DNA of 53,030 nucleotides, counting the filler, from Basidioascus undulatus (taxonomy: Eukaryota), in NCBI GenBank assembly GCA_000826855.1. It is 3 parts of 3 records of this genome, joined end to end, with 100 filler letters (N's around TTAATTAATTAA, not from the genome) between each part and the next. Parts side by side here need not be neighbours in the genome. Positions count along the whole stretch, not along the records: positions 1 to 17,620 come from JTLS01000520.1; positions 17,721 to 35,331 come from JTLS01000521.1; 1 more part is not named here. The stretch is one strand, 5' to 3'. Positions 11,497-23,432 of the stretch are shown piece after piece. How positions within the stretch are numbered: position 1 is the first letter of the stretch; each line of letters begins with the position of its first letter. The position numbers and the translations under genes were made by a program. The notes beneath the pieces are model-generated. The model did no database searches, was not told the origin of the DNA, and saw only the letters and a list, made by a program, of their open reading frames with translations.

Positions 11497-14016
11497 ATGG
11501 ACGGCGCGGCCAGCCGCCGCGCAGCCGACCGAGACTGCACATGGTGACTTCTCGCTGAGCTCCTTCCCTCGCTATCAGCACCTTCCACCAACCTCGCTTT
11601 TCTGGCACTGCGGCGAAACATGGCTTTCTGCGAACTGCGTTCTTCCAACGGTACGTCTCACTACATAGATGCATGATTCGATGATCAAGACGTTCTGAGT
11701 TGTGTTGCGACAGTTTGCCATCGGTATCCTTGTCAGTACCATGTGCGGACATCTCCTGTGTGGAAAGCTGAAAAGAATAACAGGGACCCGGCCTTTTCCA
11801 ACTTGGTCTCGGAGAGTCCATGCTCTGTGTGGTGTTCGTCAATGCTGTTGGTAAGGGAAGTTTCGTCGTGTTGTATCGGAAACACGGCTGACAGCAGCCG
11901 CAGGTGCTTGTATACCTGCGTTCTTCTCCGCCTTCGGTGTCAAGTTTGGCCTCCGTCAAATGGTCGTGTCGCGATACATGTGGGGCCGGTGGGGCGCCAA
12001 GGCATGTGTGCTGGCTTCTTTCCAGTGCATTGGCCCAAATTGACTCTTCTCTGCACAGATTGTCGCACTGCTGAACGTGTAAGTCCGCATACCCAGTGCG
12101 TTCACGACGTTCTCTGACACCCTTTCCAGTATCGCTTGCGTTGGCTGGTCCATTTTGAACACGTAAGTTCAGCATGTTAACGTTGAGTCAGAAATTTCCC
12201 TAATCGATTGGGACGGTCGACCACCACAGCATCTCGGGCGCCCAAGTTCTGCGCACCGTAGCGAATGGGCACTTGTCCTACGCTGTTGGAACTGTCATTA
12301 TTGCCATGCTCACCCTTGCGTACGTCTGGACGGAAGAGGTTTGGCTAGCTGTCTGTCGTTTGACACACCAAGCCATCCAGGACGGGTCTCCTCGGATACA
12401 AGTTTGTGCGTTACATGCCAGGCTTCCTTGCGCGACGGCAGCACTAAATATCCCGCGACTCTTAGATCCACATCTATGAAAGATATGCTTGGATGCCCGT
12501 TGCGATCATATTTATAATCATCCTCGGTCTGACGGCGAAGGGTATGTGTGTCTTATCCACGATCAGAAGGCAACAGACGGATCCACTGCCCTTCACATCC
12601 TGCAGACTTTTCCAACGTTCCAATCGGCTCCGGTGAGCCTGAGGCTGGTGGTGTTCTTAGCTTCTGCAGCACCATCTGGTAAGGTTTATTCAGCTCGGCG
12701 TGAGTGATTCTCGGGCTGAGCATCCGTCTGCTTTCTCAGGGGTTTCGTGCTTGGGTGGAGCTCCCTCGCAGCCGACTATACGGTATGTCCTCGCAGTAAC
12801 TGGTACTCCCATCTTGTAATCTGAGACACTTTTGCAGGTCTACCAACCGGCCGACATCCCTGCCCGCCGCGTGTTCTTGTGGACCTGGGCTGGGGTTGCG
12901 ATCGTAAAGCTCTCTTGATCTGCGCTGCATCCCTTATAGTTGACTGACCCGAAACGGCTACAGCCTCTCATCCTCGTCCAGTGGCTCGGAATTACCGTCA
13001 TGACGGGCGCCGTCGTCCGAACCTCGTGGATGGACGCGTACAACCATGATGAGCTTGGCGGCCTCCTCGGAGCTGCCCTTGGTCATGGTGGCTTTGCCAA
13101 GTTCCTCATGGTTGTTTTGGTCCTCTCGGTCACTGCAAACAGTGCGCCTCCCTATGCTTCGTTTCTTTCAGACGATTTATTGACAACAGCGTCTGGCAGA
13201 TATCGTCAATGTTTACAGCTTCGGCTTTTCGCTGGCTAGCGTCGACCCCTTCTTCATGCTGGTGCCTCAGTTCATCTATCCCTCATCATCACTGCGATCT
13301 ACAGCAAGTCCTTCTTACAAGACTTTGTGAGACCATACTGATGTGTTCTGCTGTGCAGTTCCGCTTGCGATTGTCGGCGCTACTTCCTTCGGTGAGTTGC
13401 CGCACTGCCCTCACGACACGACAAACCGACGCTGAGGTTCTTTTGAGTGCAGTCAACTCTCTGGAAAGCTTCATGTGGGTTTACTTAGGAGAAATATTCT
13501 GCAAGTTGCTGATATTGCGTCATAGGAACGTGTTGGGGGCGTGGTTGAGCATCTATTGTGCAGTGATGCTGGTTGAACATATCGTTTTCCGGTCGGTGTT
13601 TTCTTTGAAGGTCTCATGGCGAATCTGTCGTGAATTATGCAGTCACAATCAGGCGCATGTCTTTCAAGGCCTACGACCTTACCGCGTACAACGACCGTTG
13701 CCGTCTTCCAGTCGGTACGGCAGCTGTTGCGGCAGGCTGTTGCGGTGCTGTTGGCGCCATCGTCGGTCTTGCACAGGTGAGACTCCTTGCCGACATACTT
13801 AACTGACTTTCCGTAAAAGACCTGGTGGACAGGACCCGCTGCCAAACACATTGGTGAAACCGGTGGTGACATTTCGTGGGTGCTCTGCGCGGTAAGTCTC
13901 AGGTATTCCTTCATAGTTAATCAGATGCTAACATCCGGAAACTCGCAACAAAGTCGTTCACAACTATCACCTACATTCCTTTCCGGTACGTCGAGAAATC
14001 CTATCTCGGTCGCTAA
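11497..14016 (+). CDS. Purine-cytosine permease (NCS1/FCY2-like), many short exons, with one apparent frameshift; start uncertain
   Basis: Spliced motifs WLSANC..FAIGILGPGLFQLGL, YERYAWMP, GWSSLAADYTVYQP, GGFAKFLMVVLVLSVTAN, WLSIYCAVMLVEH, AQTWWTGPAA..GGDI and YIPFRYVEKSYLGR*. Confidence 0.88.
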
Positions 14017-14718
14017 GGGAGGGCTTATACCGCGCATTTCTGTTGTGCTTTCTGGATCGCTCATTGATGGGTCACCACTGCCCCAAATGGACTGCTCATC
14101 AGAGGTATTATTAATACTACGAGACAGAACTGCATGTGGCTAATCGAAATGCATGAAAAGAAAGAACCCTGTACCCTCATTCGGGGCGGTGACCGGTTGC
14201 CTCAGCGAGTGCCGCAATTTTCTTCGATGAGACCGGATGTAGACATGATGAGCTTGTTGTACCATTCTGGGTAGCTCCGAAGCCGAAGAAGCATCCAAGC
14301 CCTGTGTGTGGAAGGACGTGGTGGTGCGAGAGGCCAGAAGAGCGCACGATTCTTTACGGCTTGCGTGTATGCTGCGAATTGCGTGAGGGACAAATAAACT
14401 GGTAAGAGCCACATACATCGAACTCATGATTGACGCTGGGATATGTATACATGAAGCAAGAAGTTCACGAAGCTGGCTGTACTACGATCCACAGACAACA
14501 TCCCCGTCGCCCAGCCCCAAAGGCCACGAGTGAATAGAAATATGATGCGCAAGAAAGAAGCCAAAGCGAGAAGAGAGGGGCGTCCAGCTAGCTGCGACTC
14601 GTCTGCTTGGGACCCGTTTGCGATGAATAAGAAGTTTGGAATTGATATGCGATGCGTGCGTGAATGTGAGAAGAGAAGAAAAGGAAAGAAAAGAGACGAT
14701 GCGTCTCCAGCGTGGCGT

Positions 14719-17620
14719 TCAGAAGTCCTGTGCGAGTCGAGAGGAGAAGGTGTGAGCATCGCAGCCCAGACGGCGGGCGGGTGAAGAGGAGGAAGAGAGG
14801 ACGCACGTAGTCCGCCGGCGTCTCGGCGGCCCACTTGAACTTGGTGATGAGCGTCTTGGGGAAGACCTGTGCGAGCACGCGGGAGGAAGAAGTGCGTCAG
14901 TCGATGCTCGTTGGCTCGATGGCGCTGACGACGAACCTTCTCGAGCGGGACCTCGTGCTTCTTGCACCAAGCGATGGTGATACGGGGGTCGAGCTGCAGG
15001 GCGCAACAAAAGACAAGTCAGTCCCGCGCTCAAGCTCATCCCACATCCGACCGTCCGACAGCGCGTCGAGACTCACGTAGTTGATCTGTCAATCCAACGC
15101 GCGAGGGAGCAATCAGCGACGACGATCCTCAAACCGCAGGGACGGGGCAAGCGCGATGCACCTTCGAAGTCCCCAAGCTCGTCTCCTTCCCCTCATCCTT
15201 GTCCTTGACCTGGACCTTGAACGCTGCGATGCGCTCCTCGATCTTCTCGAGCGCCTTGAGGACCTGGTCGACGCCCTTCTTGCCCGGGTCCGGCTTGCCC
15301 GTCTTGCGCTCCTGCTTGAGCACCTTGTAGTTCTCGTCGAGCGCCTCGAGCCGCTCCTCCAGCACAGACGCCTTCTGCTCCTTCTCCCCCTCGGCCTTAA
15401 GCTTCTCGTTCTCTGTTCCGCCCACACATAACCCCGCCCCAAAGTCAGTCAACATTGCGTTGCTCGAGCCGAGTGGGAAGGGGAGAAGAGGAAGGGAACG
15501 ACGCACCTTTCTCGAACTTCTTGCGCGCCTTCTCCTTGTCCTTTTCGAGCTGGTCGTCCTCGTACGACGCGATCCACTCGTCCTCGAGGTCTGACTCCTC
15601 CTCCATGAACTGCGAGTGCTTCTTCTTCGCCTTGGGCTCGAGCACGAGGAGCGTCTGCCGGAGCTTCATGCGCTGATACTTGAGCGCGCGGAGCTGTTCC
15701 CCCGACCAAAGCGCATCATCAGCCCCGCACTCCCCAGCATTCCTTTTCCCCCACGGAAAGAATGGGCAGACGCACCCGATCGCCCATCCTCTCCATGCTT
15801 GCCGCGTGGGTCTTGCTCACGCTCTTCTGGTGATTGCAGAGCACAGCGACGACGCGGTTCGCGCGGTTGTACGCGAGGAGCTTCTCGGCGACGGACGCTT
15901 TCTTGGGCGTCGACTCGAGCTCGCGCTGGAACGTGATCGAGGCGTTGTAGGTACGGAAGACCTTGGCGGAGAGTCCCTTCATGTACGACGTCAGGTGCTT
16001 GTTGAGCTGGGAGGTCTGTTGGGCGCGTGTACGTCGTCAGCTCGACCGTCCCATCAACATTGCCACGGCGACGACGAAGACGGCGGGGCAGGAGAAGCGA
16101 TGGAGAAAGAGAGCGAAAGAGCAAGCGGGGAAGGAGGGGGGTGGGGACGGAAAGAAGCAAGACGTACGTTCAGCCGATCAAACACCGGGTCATCCGCCTT
16201 CTTCGGCTCCTTCTTGAAGATCCTCAAGTTCTTGAACACCTGCTCGTCGATGGGGACGTTCTCCTGGAAGAAGCGGATCGAGTCCTTGCCGAGGAAGTCG
16301 AACGTGACGAGGTTGGGCGGGGAGAGCGTGATGTGCTCACACCGGAGCGAGCAGCACCCGACCGTGTCCGCCTCGTCCTCGCCCTTCTCGTTGCCCGCAC
16401 GCAGCGCGAGCCGGTCGATCAGGTACATCGCCGTCGCGCGCTGCCGCTCGGCCGTGACCTTGTTCGTCAGATCCTTCGTGTAGTCGGCGCGGATGCGGTC
16501 GATGTGTTTCTGGGGGGTCCGGGCATCGCACGTCAGCTCAGGGATCAGGGAGAAGCCGCCGCCGTTCGCAACGCACCTTCAGCTCCCGCGCCTTCTCGAA
16601 CTTGCTCATATCGCTCTGGCCCTTGAGGGACGAGCCCGGCGCAAGGAAGACATACTTGATGTTGCCGTTGATGCTGCACGCCCCCCAGTCCCCCGCATCA
16701 GTACCGCGTTCTCCCTCAGTACTCCACTCTCCTCCTTCGCGAGGAACGAAGGCGCAGACAGAAGAGAGGCGAAGAGAAAGGAGGAAGACGACGCACTTCT
16801 CCTTCCAAGTCGCCAACCACGTGACCGTCTGGTCGTGCTGCAAGGCCTTCCACGACGTCCCCTCGGGCGGGTCGGGCACTTTCGCGTCCTTGCCGATGTT
16901 GATCGTGACTTGTTCGGGGCGGATACGGAGCTGCAATCACCGTCACCCACATCAGCTTTCCTTACCCACGCCACCTACATCCACAGCGGAGGGGAGGGGG
17001 AGAGCGAGAGCGGTGGAAGGGGAGGGAGGGAGGTTGGGTGGGGAGAAGACGGAGAGTGGCACGCACCTTCAGTTTCCCCTTCTTCGGGTGTTTCCCGCGC
17101 CCCCTAAACAGCCCCGGCGGCTCAATGCGGAAGTTCCCCACTTTCTCCTTGCGGCCGTCGAGGAGGCACGTCGTGTACGGCTTCTCCATCTCGTCGCGCG
17201 CGGCCTTGATCACCTTCTTCTCCTCGCGCGTCAGCGCCTTGCGCTTCTCCTTCTCGCGCTCGAGGTGTTCGTGCATCGGCGTGAAATCGCACTTCGAGAA
17301 AGTCGTGATCTTCGTGCCGTCGCGCTGCGAGATAAGGAACGCATCAGCACATCTCGTCTTTCGTTACGAGCTCGCGAAAGGTTGGGAGAGGGAGACAATA
17401 AAGCAGTGTGCGAGGGTTATAGGCAGGAGGGGAAGGGGGAGAGAAGAGCGGACGAGGGGCAAAGCAAAAGACGGAGAGAGAGGAGGGAAGACGGGAGGAG
17501 ACCCTAAGCACCGGCGGATGTTTCTTCAGCACCTCCCTAAAGTCCCCAAAGAAGTTCTCGTTGGCGTCCCTCAGCACCTTAAGGCTGGGCATGTCGGACT
17601 CCTCTATCTCGATGCGCTCG
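14719..17620 (-). CDS. TOP1: DNA topoisomerase I (type IB), 5' part lost at the contig gap
   Basis: Motifs [72 protein letters not shown] and SLGTSK|INY|LDPRI; ends [13 protein letters not shown]. Confidence 0.97.
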
Positions 17621-17720
17621 NNNNNNNNNNNNNNNNNNNNNNNNNNNNNNNNNNNNNNNNNNNNTTAATTAATTAANNNNNNNNNNNNNNNNNNNNNNNN
17701 NNNNNNNNNNNNNNNNNNNN
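17621..17720. other. Artificial contig-joining spacer (Ns with TTAATTAATTAA)
   Basis: 100 bp: 44 N, TTAATTAATTAA (17665-17676, stops in all six frames), 44 N. Confidence 0.97.
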
Positions 17721-18387
17721 CCATGCTCCCTCCGCCCGGAATACCCGCTCTTGCAAGAGCTTGCCATCCCCCGGCCCACAGCGCCCCCGCCCAAGCCGAC
17801 GCTCGACGACTACAAAGCGGCGCTCGAGCGCGTCTCGCTCGACGACTTCAAGCGCATTGACCAGGTGCCGTGCATGCGCAACGCGTTCATGTACGCCATC
17901 GGCGGGGCGGTCGCCGTGGGCGCCGTGCGGTTTGTGAGTGGGAGGAGTGAGTCTTCGCGCTTGGGGATGGTTCGAAGTGAGGGGTAATGAGGAACGAGAC
18001 TGATTGGTAATGCGGTGGGCTTGGAAGATATCAGGCAGGCGTGGAACTGGACAATGGGGTCGGGGCTCTTCATCGCCGTCGTTTCCTGGTGAGTCTTGCT
18101 CCCATCCCTGCCCATCTCGCATCTCGCATCACCCTACTCTATTCCACTCTTTTATCTCCCTGCATCTAAAACTGACAATCATGTTGATCCGCATTGGTAA
18201 CAGGCAAACGTGCCGAACACAAGTAGCGCAGGAGCGGGAACGCATGCGGGCCATCCAGGAGCGCTACGCGCACAGACACATTTCCCAGTCGCCGAGCTTC
18301 AAGGCGGCGCAGCGGCGGAAGGCCGATCAGGAGGGCCGGCAAGAAGTGCAGGCCAAGGGCGAGGGCGAGAAGGATCGACCGTCATAG
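17721..18387 (+). CDS. COX20: Cytochrome c oxidase assembly protein Cox20 (5'-partial)
   Basis: DFKRIDQVPCMRNAFMYAIGGAVAVGAVRF, AWNWTMGSGLFIAVVSW and QTCRTQVAQERERM match the PCxR / two-TM / W-x-x-C pattern of Cox20. Confidence 0.82.
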
Positions 18388-18593
18388 ATGTCCGGGTGCG
18401 CATGGCAAAAGACACTGGAGAGCGCGTGGGCTGTGGTGGTTGCCAGAAGCGGATACGGAATGGGGCGAGCTATGCGCGGAGAGGCTCCGGCCAGAATAGG
18501 AGGATAACCAGAAAGATATCTAATGCGTGAGCCCAATGGGAAATAAAGAAAGTGCACTGGTATCATCCTCGTTCCTCGCCCTCACCAGACCCC

Positions 18594-19319
18594 TCAGTAA
18601 TACCTCGCATCCCACGCCTCCTTGTCATACTTCTCCACCAATGCCGGGTCATTCCTTAATTCCGAATTGTCAGCACAACGACCTCATCCAAGAGGGAGGG
18701 GTGAAAGACGCACCTGTACTTCGCCTGCCACTCCACGAACCCCCCGCGCAGAACAAGGATCTCCTGCTCCTTCGTCCCATCGGCCGGAGGCTTCTCCGAG
18801 CGCGCCTCAGAGTATATCTGTGTGTGCAGCGCCCCTCGTCAGTGCCCGGGCGTGGTAGGAGGGGAAGAACGGGGGCGGCACGCACCCGGGCGGCTTTAGG
18901 CGCGCGCGACTGCGAGAGCGCGCATGAGAAGATCACTTTGGGGACTGCGTGGTTTGGTGGAGAAAGAGAAACGGTAAGAAGGGAAGATCAAGGATACAGG
19001 AAGCGGAGGGCAGGGCAGGACGCACCGTTCGCGCTCGACTTGACGAGCTCGTCCACCTCCTCCTGGAACTTATGGCTGGGAACGTTCTTGGCGCCGGGGA
19101 CGTTCCCACCCTCGAAATCATCATCTATATTCCCACCCGTCCCCGCCTCTCCAAAATATCAGTCCCTCTCCCTCTCCCTTCCTCTCGCCTAGCACACGCA
19201 CCCCGGACATCAACCAGCACGAACTCGGGCTCCGCGTCCTTCCCTGCCGCGTTGCGCGCGCGGATGAGGTCGACCACCTCTGCGTCGGAGACGTACTTGT
19301 AAACGGGCGCGAAGGACAT
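18594..19319 (-). CDS. Cdc25-like rhodanese-fold phosphatase / arsenate reductase (Ych1/Ibp1/Acr2 family)
   Basis: VLVDVR|DDDFEGGNVPGAKNVPS, VIFSCALSQSRAPKAAR (CX5R), ILVLRGGFVEWQAKY and NDPALVEKYD; TGA at 18594-18596. Confidence 0.88.
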
Positions 19320-21789
19320 GGTGCGGCTGCGGTGGAGGAGGGCGTGGGTGAGAGTGGGGAGCATGCAATGGCGGGAGGAGACGAAGGGGAAAGGCAAGTG
19401 TAGGAAGGCGTGAGATCGGGCCGGATGATGCCTTGAGCTTGGCGTTGAGCTCGGCCGGTGTCGATCAAGTTATTGCTTTGTTGGGTCGACGGCACTTTCT
19501 GTAGAATGTTCTAGAAACTGAATAGGACATAGAATAACTTCAAACGACACTGCTGCAGTGGTAACCAGCCTGCAGCTCAGGCTTGAAAATGTCTGTCTGC
19601 ATGGCGAACCTCGCTCAAAATCGACTCCATATGGAATTGCGGCGCTGAATAAATGCTTTCAAAATTACGAGTGTGTTTGTAAACTCCCGGATATTCTTCT
19701 TATCCAGACAGTCTCGAGCTTCAGGCGAGAAGGCAAAAGGTAGGCAGGGCCCACTGGCAGGGGCAGCAGTGCTCGACCGTCTGTGCTCTCTCGTCTTCCG
19801 GAAGGTGTCAATAGCTCAAGAACTTTCAGGGTCTTAATTAAGCACCATTGAATCTTCTGGAGGTGTAGTCCTACCCTTCGTTGACCAAAATCTGAGACCT
19901 CAAGCGAGATTCTTCTGCCTCAGCAGGGATTCTGCCGACAGGGCAGACATTTTGAAAGCGGGTGCCAATGCAGGCTTGCAAGAGTATTCCGTGCGCAATC
20001 CAAGCCAGTTTCCGGCCCTAATCACACATCTAAGCTTGAACAAGAGAACGAAGGGCAGGAGAACTCATGCCGCAGGTCGAGGTCGACCTTCGTTACGGCC
20101 TCATGGCTCCTCTCGAAGTTCTGTGAATTGAGGCCACGGTCTAGTAAGCAGGCCCAAAATTTGAGAGAAAACACCGAAATCCCACATCTTGGTATCGACG
20201 CGAGCTTGGCAGCCTCGCCAACTCGACGTCTGACTCGAACCCGGACTTGAAGGAGTCGTCCCCCTCCCCATGCCTGTGGTCGTCAACCTCGCTAGAGAAC
20301 ACGACAAGGGTATCAGTCCCTGTTGAGAAGCAAGGGACTCTGTGCAAGAGTTTACTGCATAGTCTCGGTCGTGACTGTATGGCACCGACAGTCGTCCCTC
20401 CAATTGTGCGCGTTGCTTTGTTCAAGTTGGACGGTGAGCGACCCGACCCGCTCGTCGAACTCTGCTTTCCGTTATCTTCCGCAGTGGACTCCGCGATGTG
20501 TCGGATGACCCGACCCGACCCGACCGCTGAGACAGTGACCGCGAAGGGATGTGCAGCGTGAGACGAAACAGTAGTGACTCGTCAGCCTGGAGGGGATCGT
20601 CGAGCGACTTGAAGATGCACCGCAAACATGCCAAAGTGATCTGCAGGACGTCAGAGTGAGCAGAATTCGAGTCTTCCGTGACTGAGAAGGTTCACCTCGT
20701 TCAGCTGCAATACGCAAAAGACGTCCTGGAACAGTCGGGCGGCGAACCATGCTACAAACGCCGCCACGCCATCCCGGAGCCTTGCTTTCCACATTTAGCG
20801 AGGGAGCCTGGGTTTCTGGAAGTATATGAGCTGCTTACAAGAAAGAATTGTGGCAGTCCTCCCATACGGGATGCCGCGGTGCAGGGCGAGCAGTCTAGGA
20901 TCTCGGGGTTCGGCTTCCACTGAAGGTTACACCCGATGCTTGAGGACATCTCTGTTCTGCTAACGATGTGCACGCCTGTCGTCATACTGCACATGAAGCT
21001 CAGGGTTCACAAGATTTCAGCAGCGCGTGCCGCCTGCTGTGCGACAGCCAGCCTTCTATTGAAATAGTATTTGCTGGGTTTCCATCGGAAGTCGTTAACC
21101 TTTTTAATAGGAAATGTTTGCATAGCACTCATTCTGTACGCCTTTGGGAATTCGTTGGGGAGAGTGATGTGTCATTCAACGAGGAGTGCGTGAAGACCGT
21201 AAGCGGGACAGCGCAGGGCCAAAGCCATTAACTGGCAGTACAACCCTAGTTGTCATTCGGGCAGCATCAGTGAGTGATTTAAAGCTCAGCAATTATGAGT
21301 AAGCATACCAAATTTCATGTTCAGTTGATATCCAAACGAACGCCTCGCAATGCGAACTTGACGGGCTCAGCGGAAGTAGCGTTCTTGCAGTTTTGAGGAC
21401 TCGACGGCGTTGAGCATCATCCCCAATGGGTCTAGGCGGTACAAATATCGTCTGCGTGGTAAATAAAGGTCTACTTAAACCAAGAAGACTCCTTCTGGCA
21501 GTAAACCCGGCTGAAAGATATGCTGTTTAGTCGTGAGTTCCCGGCTGGAGGCTTGCCTTGCAAACGAAAGTTCATCTAGTACTCCAGACCTTTTAGCTAC
21601 AGAGAACGACCTCACAATCAGGAAGAGACCTGACTCAGTATATTTTGGCAATAGGTAATGAAGGAACACTCACGAGTCGAGGACGTCCGAGACAAGCGCC
21701 GCTGTATGCTACCACTGCCGCTTTCGCGCTTTCCTCTGACCACCACCATCCTTCACTTGCCACTCGTCTTCTGACCATAATCCTTTACC

Positions 21790-22684
21790 TTGACTCTCGA
21801 TGGTCATTATGCACTATTCGAATTATCCAATTTTCACCCTCGCCATCGTCTCAATCAGTTCAAGCTCAAGCCTGCTCACGACTGCGATGATCTAGACCTG
21901 GTTTACATCCTCAACGACGTCAACACCTTTTGGGCTCGCGTCGAGAAGATTGAGTCCGTTCAGGAAACGCGTGCCAGCGAGAACAAAACCAAGCTCGACC
22001 GCCTGGCGAAGGAGATGGAGGTGTCGCAGGAGAGGGCGAGCAAGGCGTTCGCCGCGTTCGAGGACCGCATTGCCGCGCTCATCGCAGCCCAGGGCAAGGC
22101 TTTCACCGATCAGCTCGCCCGCATCAGCAACCAGCTGGACGAGCAGCTCATCGAGACGACCAGGCGGCTAGACGAGCAGGTCAGCGGGATGGAAGGACAG
22201 ATCAACGGGCGGCTGGACGAGATGGAGGAGCGGATCACCGAGATGGGCAATCGGCTCGATAGAATGGGAAGCCGTCTCGATGCGACCGGCTTGAGCATCC
22301 CTGCTATCAGCGGTCGCCTCGACGCTATAGTCAGTCGTCTTACCGCTATCGACGGTCGCCTCGAAGCTGTTGACGGTCGCCTCGCAGCTATTGGGGGTCA
22401 CCTTGACGCTGTCGGCAGTCGCCTCGCCGCTTTCGTGACCAGGGCCGATCTCGATGCGCTCACGCCTGTATTCGACAATATGCGTTGGTTCGACAAGGGG
22501 TGCGTCTTTCGACACTTGTGAGCCTGTTCCGGGTGGTCCACTCAAGCTGTTTCCTAGACGCAAGATCGTGGCCGCTCAAATACAAAACAAGAAGGCGTTG
22601 AATCCTGAGCAGCTAATCAACTACTCCGACGGCATGGACCCACACCTGGTGCCGCAAACGATTACGGATCTAGGGGCCAGACAA
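21790..22684 (+). CDS. Coiled-coil protein with 7-residue RLDxM/RLxAI repeats (core shown; first and last exons uncertain)
   Basis: ORF 21790-22521 contains RLDEQVS/RLDEMEE/RLDRMGS/RLDAIVS/RLTAIDG/RLEAVDG/RLAAIGG. A likely further exon KIVAAQIQNKKAL.. ends at a GTAAG donor. Confidence 0.65.
22311..22430 (+). repeat. Degenerate 21-bp coding tandem repeat
   Basis: About 6 units of the form (c)ggtcgcctcgacgctat.., encoding the heptads. Confidence 0.75.
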
Positions 22685-23432
22685 GTAAGTCTACTCCCTT
22701 CTGGGTTTCGGCATACCGTGGACTGCCAGTTGCGGATATTTTGGCAGGTGGGGAGCATCAATGTCTTCCCCCTCACGTTCGGACACTCTGACGGATGTCG
22801 CGATGTCAAATATATGGATTCTGCAATGTTTCAAGTGGCTTTAGGTCGATCTGTTAGTGCACGCAGAGGTGGGTGGGCTTCCAGGCCGCGAGTGATGTCG
22901 CCGCCGTCCGGCAGACAAAGCTCGGACACACGCCGAGTACAGCCTCCAAGGTAATCTGTAAAATTCCATACTTTCCAATTACACTCAGTACAGTTACCGG
23001 TCCCAGGACGGGGCGCTCAAAAATCGTGCGGCATGCTGTGAGCACGCTTGCGCAGGAGCTCCAACTGCACCATGTCAATGTCAATGTACCATGCCGCGAG
23101 TGCAAAGAAGTGTCTGGGATATACAATTTACTTATTTTCATATCGTGGGGGCCAATCAGGGCCTGAAAGTTGGAAAGGTATTTTGTTTGTTTGTCTCTTG
23201 ACATGCCACGCCTCGACGCGATCAGATCAGAAGAGCAGGTAACTTACGCCATCACAGGTTGAGGTGGTCTTCAGCAGATATTCCCGAGTCGGGATGAATC
23301 CGCCTTACAATGCCTGTTCATGAGTGTGCGTGTGGTGCCCCTGATTAAGCTCAAACCGGACCTTTGTCAGTGAAATACTTGAAATCACCTTGTGCGGGGC
23401 TGGGGTCTCAGGACAGACACAGGGACGCCTGA

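Noticed and set aside
17621..17720. Palindromic TTAATTAATTAA inside N runs (also 35332-35431) as a biological site or transposon target
   Set aside because: The identical 100-bp design occurs twice. It is a synthetic six-frame stop linker between contigs, so adjacency across it carries no information.
20068..21231. Possible plus-strand multi-exon gene
   Set aside because: Only short ORFs are present, with no recognisable motif or convincing exon chain.
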